DNA from: Chlorokybus atmophyticus
Lineage: Eukaryota > Plantae > Mesostigma and Chlorokybus algae
NCBI GenBank assembly: GCA_009103225.1
Contig: RHPI01000385.1
Span: 120,175-184,174, forward strand
DNA: 64,000 bases
Direction: 5' to 3'
Below, in pieces: positions 61,675-64,000 of the stretch (its first letter is position 1; each line of letters starts with the position of its first letter). Under the pieces are notes generated by a model. That model did no database searches. It saw only the letters and a program-made list of their open reading frames with translations, and had not been told where the DNA came from. Both the position numbers and the translations under genes were made by a program.

Positions 61675-61785
61675 GTCGGGACACAAAACGGGGAAACCCG
61701 GGTCGGGACGCGAAAAACGAGAGGAAAAGGTTGCGTCGGGACGCAAAACACGGCAAGAAAGTGCCGCGTCGGGACATAAAAACAA
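61675..61785. repeat. Spaced array of four GTCGGGAC-n-AAAA motifs
   Basis: Motifs at 61675, 61702, 61735 and 61768 (spacing 27, 33, 33); a partial GTCGGAAC at 61639. Confidence 0.8.
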
Positions 61786-62826
61786 CGGACGACCCGATAT
61801 AGTGGTATCAAGTATGGAAGGTGGGGAACGCGATCCGAGGTAATCCCAATTTCCATCGCCGCGTCCCTGCTCAGCCATTACGCGCCGACGATGTTCATCA
61901 CCGTCGACTGGTCATGTCGGCGTCGGCGTGGCTCACGTGAGCCAACCATACTGAACGACGCTCAACGGTCAACTACATTGAAGTCAACTATACTATATAT
62001 ATTCAAGACAATTGGGCTGGCGTTATGTGACATTGATAGTGTGCTTGTTCACACTTCCTATACTTTGCATGTTGGTATAGTGTAGCACACAATGATTGAT
62101 AAGTGTGTCAATATCATTACAAAGTTTTAAATACTTGCACGGCATCACTCTCACATGCATATACATATACATTTATATGAAAAAAACTTGACAGTTGCAA
62201 GCACACAGATATTTACAACTTCAAGTCACATAAATGGAAGAAATGTATTGCAGTCTATACGTGTATAAACGAAGCTTAATCACTTCTACTAATACATTTA
62301 AGTCATTACATAGGATTGAAGGTCACTCACTCCGCGTGTCAACTACTGCACGCACGTGCGTGTGTATGTACATGCACGCATCCGTTGCACGTAGCTGTAT
62401 TTGGGTAGGTATAATTGCGTTATTGTAAGCGGCTGTAAGCTTTACACCCCAGCTAGATGAATTGTTCCTATCTGTGTGTTCGTTATGCTTGTTGTGAGTG
62501 TTTCTTACCTACATTGTGCATGATCCTTTATGTATACTGACGGGTTGTGCCGCACGCTTGAACGCACGCTTAGAGCGCACCCACACTTACACCATCACAC
62601 ACACATATGAGACAAACACTAACACGCACATCAATGTGAGTGCTTCATGGTGTAGTGAGTTGACTTGTTCCGCGTGTCACACTCTCGTGCATGCCGTAAT
62701 CCTTGCATTCTATATATCATACATGCAGCACAAACACACGCACACATGCACAAAACCCACCAAGTCAACATCCTTTACACAACTAGATCTAAGGGGCTGG
62801 CTAGGGAGACATGGGTGGTGGTGGNT

Positions 62827-63830
62827 GTGCATGCATGTATGTGTGGCGTGTATATGCGTGTTCGTGTTCGTGTGTGTTGACACATGCATGAGCGTGTGTG
62901 CATGTATGTGCTAGGTTATGTGTATATCGCGTGCGTGTGTGGCGTGCGGGTTGGCACCTGCATGTGTGTGCATGACGTTTTGTATATGTGGCGCATGAGT
63001 GTGCGTGCGTGTATGTGCAGGCATGGGTGAGGCTGTGCATGTGTGGTGTGCATGTGCGTGTGTGTGTGCGCGTGCATGTGTGTGCGTGTTGGCACATGCA
63101 CGTGCGTGGGTGTGTGCGTGCGTGTATGTGTGAGGCTGTGTGTTTATGGCATGCGCGTGCGTGCGTGCGTGCGTGTATGCTTGAGACTGCGTATGTGTGG
63201 CGTGCATGTGCCAACACGCACATGCGCACATGCGTGCGTGTGCGCATGCGTGTACATATGTGCATGCATGCGTGCGTGAGGCTGCGTGTATGCAGCGTGC
63301 GTGAGTGGGAGTGTGTGCACTTGCATGTGCGTGTGTGTATGTGTGTGCATTCATACGTGCGTGCTTGCGTGCATGTGTGAGGCTGTGTGCGTGTTGGCTC
63401 ATGCGCGTACGAGTGCGTGCGTGTGCGTGCGTGCTTGTATGCGTGAGACTGCGTATGTGTGGCGTGCATGTGCGCGTGCGCATGCGTGTATGTATGTGCA
63501 TGCGTGCGAGCATGAGGCTGCGTTTCTGTAGCGTGCGTGAGCGGGAGTGTGTGCACTTGCGTGTGCGTGTGTGTATGTGTGTGCATTCGTGCGTGCGTGC
63601 TTGCGTGTATGTGTGAGGCTGTGTGCGTGTTGGCTCATGCGCGTACAAGTGCGTGCACGTGTGCATGCGCATGCGTTCGCGTGTGCGTGTGTGTGAGGCT
63701 GCGTATGTGTGGCGTGCGCGTGCGTGCGTACGTGTGCGTGCGTACGTGTGCGTGCGTGCATGCGTGCGTGCGTACGCGTGCGTGCGTGCATGTGTGTGCG
63801 CGTATGTGTGTGCGTGTGCGAGTGTGCGGA
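62827..63830. repeat. About 1 kb alternating purine-pyrimidine (TG/CG/CA) tract with higher-order repeats
   Basis: Near-continuous (RY)n. The block GAGGCTGTGTGCGTGTTGGCTCATGCGCGTAC recurs at a 236-bp spacing (TTGGCTC at 63394 and 63630). Confidence 0.95.
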
Positions 63831-64000
63831 TGTTGTCACATACCTCCCGCGCTCCACATGCCACTCTTGCAATGCTTGCGGATCTTCATGTGCTTCGTTG
63901 AAGCAATCACGGCAAAACCACATCTTCACGCCTTCTCTCACACTTGTGGCGGTGCGATACACGCATTGTGAGCAATGGTAGACGGTGTCATAGCGACATA

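Noticed and set aside
62801-63981. Long His/Thr/Ala- or Cys/Val-rich ORFs
   Set aside because: Artefacts of the stop-poor (RY)n tract.

Overview
Intron-rich eukaryotic nuclear DNA from a green alga (Viridiplantae). This is inferred from the SBP-box, PPR, CASTOR/POLLUX and plastid-targeted genes; the species cannot be determined from the sequence alone, and the genetic code is standard. Host genes: a saposin-repeat protein, a HEIP1/REDIC1-like protein, an orphan plastid-type protein, the DBP5 DEAD-box helicase, a large SBP/ankyrin transcription factor, a CASTOR/POLLUX-like channel, a conserved plastid protein, a PPR protein and a type I metacaspase. The main structure is a nested mobile-DNA block at about 13.4-37.3 kb. 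A 20,977-bp chromoviral Ty3/Gypsy composite (15662-36638) has TG..CA ends, a 5-bp TSD TGATG, a tRNA-iMet PBS, a PPT and asymmetric LTRs, and it splits a Penelope-like RT into two halves that rejoin across it. Between the PBS and gag it carries about 15 kb of cargo: a 53-bp palindromic array, a Plavaka-type transposase, a Tudor-fused phage/bacterial-type C5 DNA methyltransferase, an OTU-protease/RING gene and two intron-containing orphan genes. The upstream intergenic regions of these cargo genes share a clustered ATGGTAC motif. All cargo genes I could reconstruct except the small 29-30 kb orphan carry stops or frameshifts, so this copy looks decayed. All family assignments come from motif recognition by eye; no database search was run.
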